Source of the DNA: Candidatus Sumerlaeales bacterium
Lineage (GTDB): Bacteria > Sumerlaeota > Sumerlaeia > Sumerlaeales > Sumerlaeaceae
Direction of reading: 5' to 3'
Assembly (NCBI GenBank): GCA_038243585.1
Contig: JBBSQY010000006.1
Coordinates: forward strand, 12,840-76,839
DNA length: 64,000 nucleotides
Positions 63,067-64,000 of this stretch are shown here, in pieces; the stretch's first letter is position 1; each line of letters opens with the position of its first letter. The position numbers were made by a program, and so were the translations under genes. The notes under the pieces were generated by a model that was not told the origin of the DNA, did not search any database, and saw only the letters and a list, made by a program, of their open reading frames with translations.

Positions 63067-64000
63067 GTGAAGTCGTATGGCAATAAATTCGTCGAACTGC
63101 TGGACCGTACCTCGCTTATAAAGACAGTCTCTAAAGGGTCGGGTGTTCTAGTAGGTGTATCCGGCGGAGCAGATTCTGTCGCATTGCTTATGGGAATGTG
63201 TGCGATCAAGCCCGCCATCGGTATCACCCTGACCGCAGTCCATATAAACCACGGGCTACGATCGGAGGCAGCAGCAGAAGAATTCTTTGTTCAGTCCCTT
63301 TGCGATCGGTTGTGTGTGGACTGCCGCATTGTGAAACTGACCGGAAAAGAAAAGCCCGGAAAGTGCAGTCCCGAACAATTCTGGAGGCAGTCCCGCTATT
63401 CTGAATTTGAGGAAATTCTTGCCGATACAGAAAGCGATTTTCTAGCCCTTGGCCATACCATCGATGACCTTGCCGAAACATTTTTATATCACCTGACTAG
63501 AGGAACAGGAGTTGATGGTCTTGTCTTCCATTTTTTTAAAATGGCAGGCGCTCTTCCAATCATTCGACCTCTCTGGCAAACCAGCAGGAGTCGCATAGAG
63601 ACAGCCTTAACCGGCGCCGGTGAGCAATGGACCACAGACACTTCAAATCAAGACGTGAGATATAGTCGGAATCTCATCAGGCACAATGTTATCTCAGAAT
63701 TAAAAAAGATAAATCCCTCAGTCGTGGATGCAATTGCACGATTATCAGCGAATTTGCACGATTCGATTTCGAACCTCCCAGATCAGGACAGTCCCGATGA
63801 TTCCCTCACTGAAAATCCTCGATACTTCTCAGCCTTAAATGACGATAAAGTTTTGAAACTAACCGGCACTGCTTCAAACGGCGCTAATATCTCAGCACTA
63901 ATTCGCAATTTCGTATTTGCCGCGGCTACAACAATAATGGACAGTCGCCAGACGGCCCAGGCCACAAGAATTATCGCCTCTCGGGGAACAGGTTTAGTTG
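63067..64000 (+). CDS. tilS: tRNA(Ile)-lysidine synthase, N-terminal part (3' end lies outside the window)
   Basis: A GTG at 63067 follows AGGAGGAGG, and the frame is open to the window end. PP-loop GVSGGADS, HINHGLR, GHTIDDLAET and D.SN.D..Y.RN.IR blocks. It is absent from the ORF track because there is no stop in the window. Confidence 0.88.
   Translation, partial: MKSYGNKFVELLDRTSLIKTVSKGSGVLVGVSGGADSVALLMGMCAIKPAIGITLTAVHINHGLRSEAAAEEFFVQSLCDRLCVDCRIVKLTGKEKPGKCSPEQFWRQSRYSEFEEILADTESDFLALGHTIDDLAETFLYHLTRGTGVDGLVFHFFKMAGALPIIRPLWQTSRSRIETALTGAGEQWTTDTSNQDVRYSRNLIRHNVISELKKINPSVVDAIARLSANLHDSISNLPDQDSPDDSLTENPRYFSALNDDKVLKLTGTASNGANISALIRNFVFAAATTIMDSRQTAQATRIIASRGTGLV

Overview
This 64 kb window is bacterial and densely coding. 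It is mostly core housekeeping DNA. I saw no transposase, integrase, CRISPR array or obvious island boundary. All calls come from reading the supplied translations and the DNA by eye; no database search was run.

A long minus-strand block (3.2-27.5 kb) carries, in order:
- tRNA-Asp and tRNA-Val
- the rpsF-ssb-rpsR operon
- a complete 13-gene NADH:quinone oxidoreductase operon (nuoA, B, fused CD, E-N)
- a metallophosphoesterase/beta-propeller fusion
- the glycine cleavage operon gcvT-H-PA-PB
- a LuxE-like adenylating enzyme

The remainder holds:
- envelope genes: FtsX-like permease, pseudopilin-like protein, LolA-like protein, O-antigen-ligase-like protein, and a divergent pair of large secreted glycan-active proteins
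- ruvB and argD-argF
- a cation/H+ antiporter fused to RCK and PTS-EIIA domains, directly upstream of the c-di-AMP module cdaA-cdaR
- pdxJ, sanA, a deoxyhypusine-synthase-like gene, nhaA, tRNA-Gly, an FKBP isomerase, an orphan ABC-3 permease, lepB and an aminotransferase
- a small extremely Tyr/Gly-rich secreted protein next to a coiled-coil secreted protein
- a SPOUT-type RNA methyltransferase and the 5' part of tilS

The gene content (pseudopilin-like signal, golvesin-like amidase, GxGYxYP protein, bacterial XPB) suggests a PVC-type or related lineage. That is inference only.

The best candidate for an under-described system is the operon at 58.5-63.1 kb. It encodes a bona fide XPB/Ssl2-type helicase followed 6 nt later by a 927-aa partner. 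The partner has repeated winged-helix-like modules, its own copy of the XPB N-terminal domain, and a small C-terminal beta-rich domain. This layout resembles the eukaryotic XPB-p52 (TFIIH) arrangement rather than archaeal XPB-Bax1.
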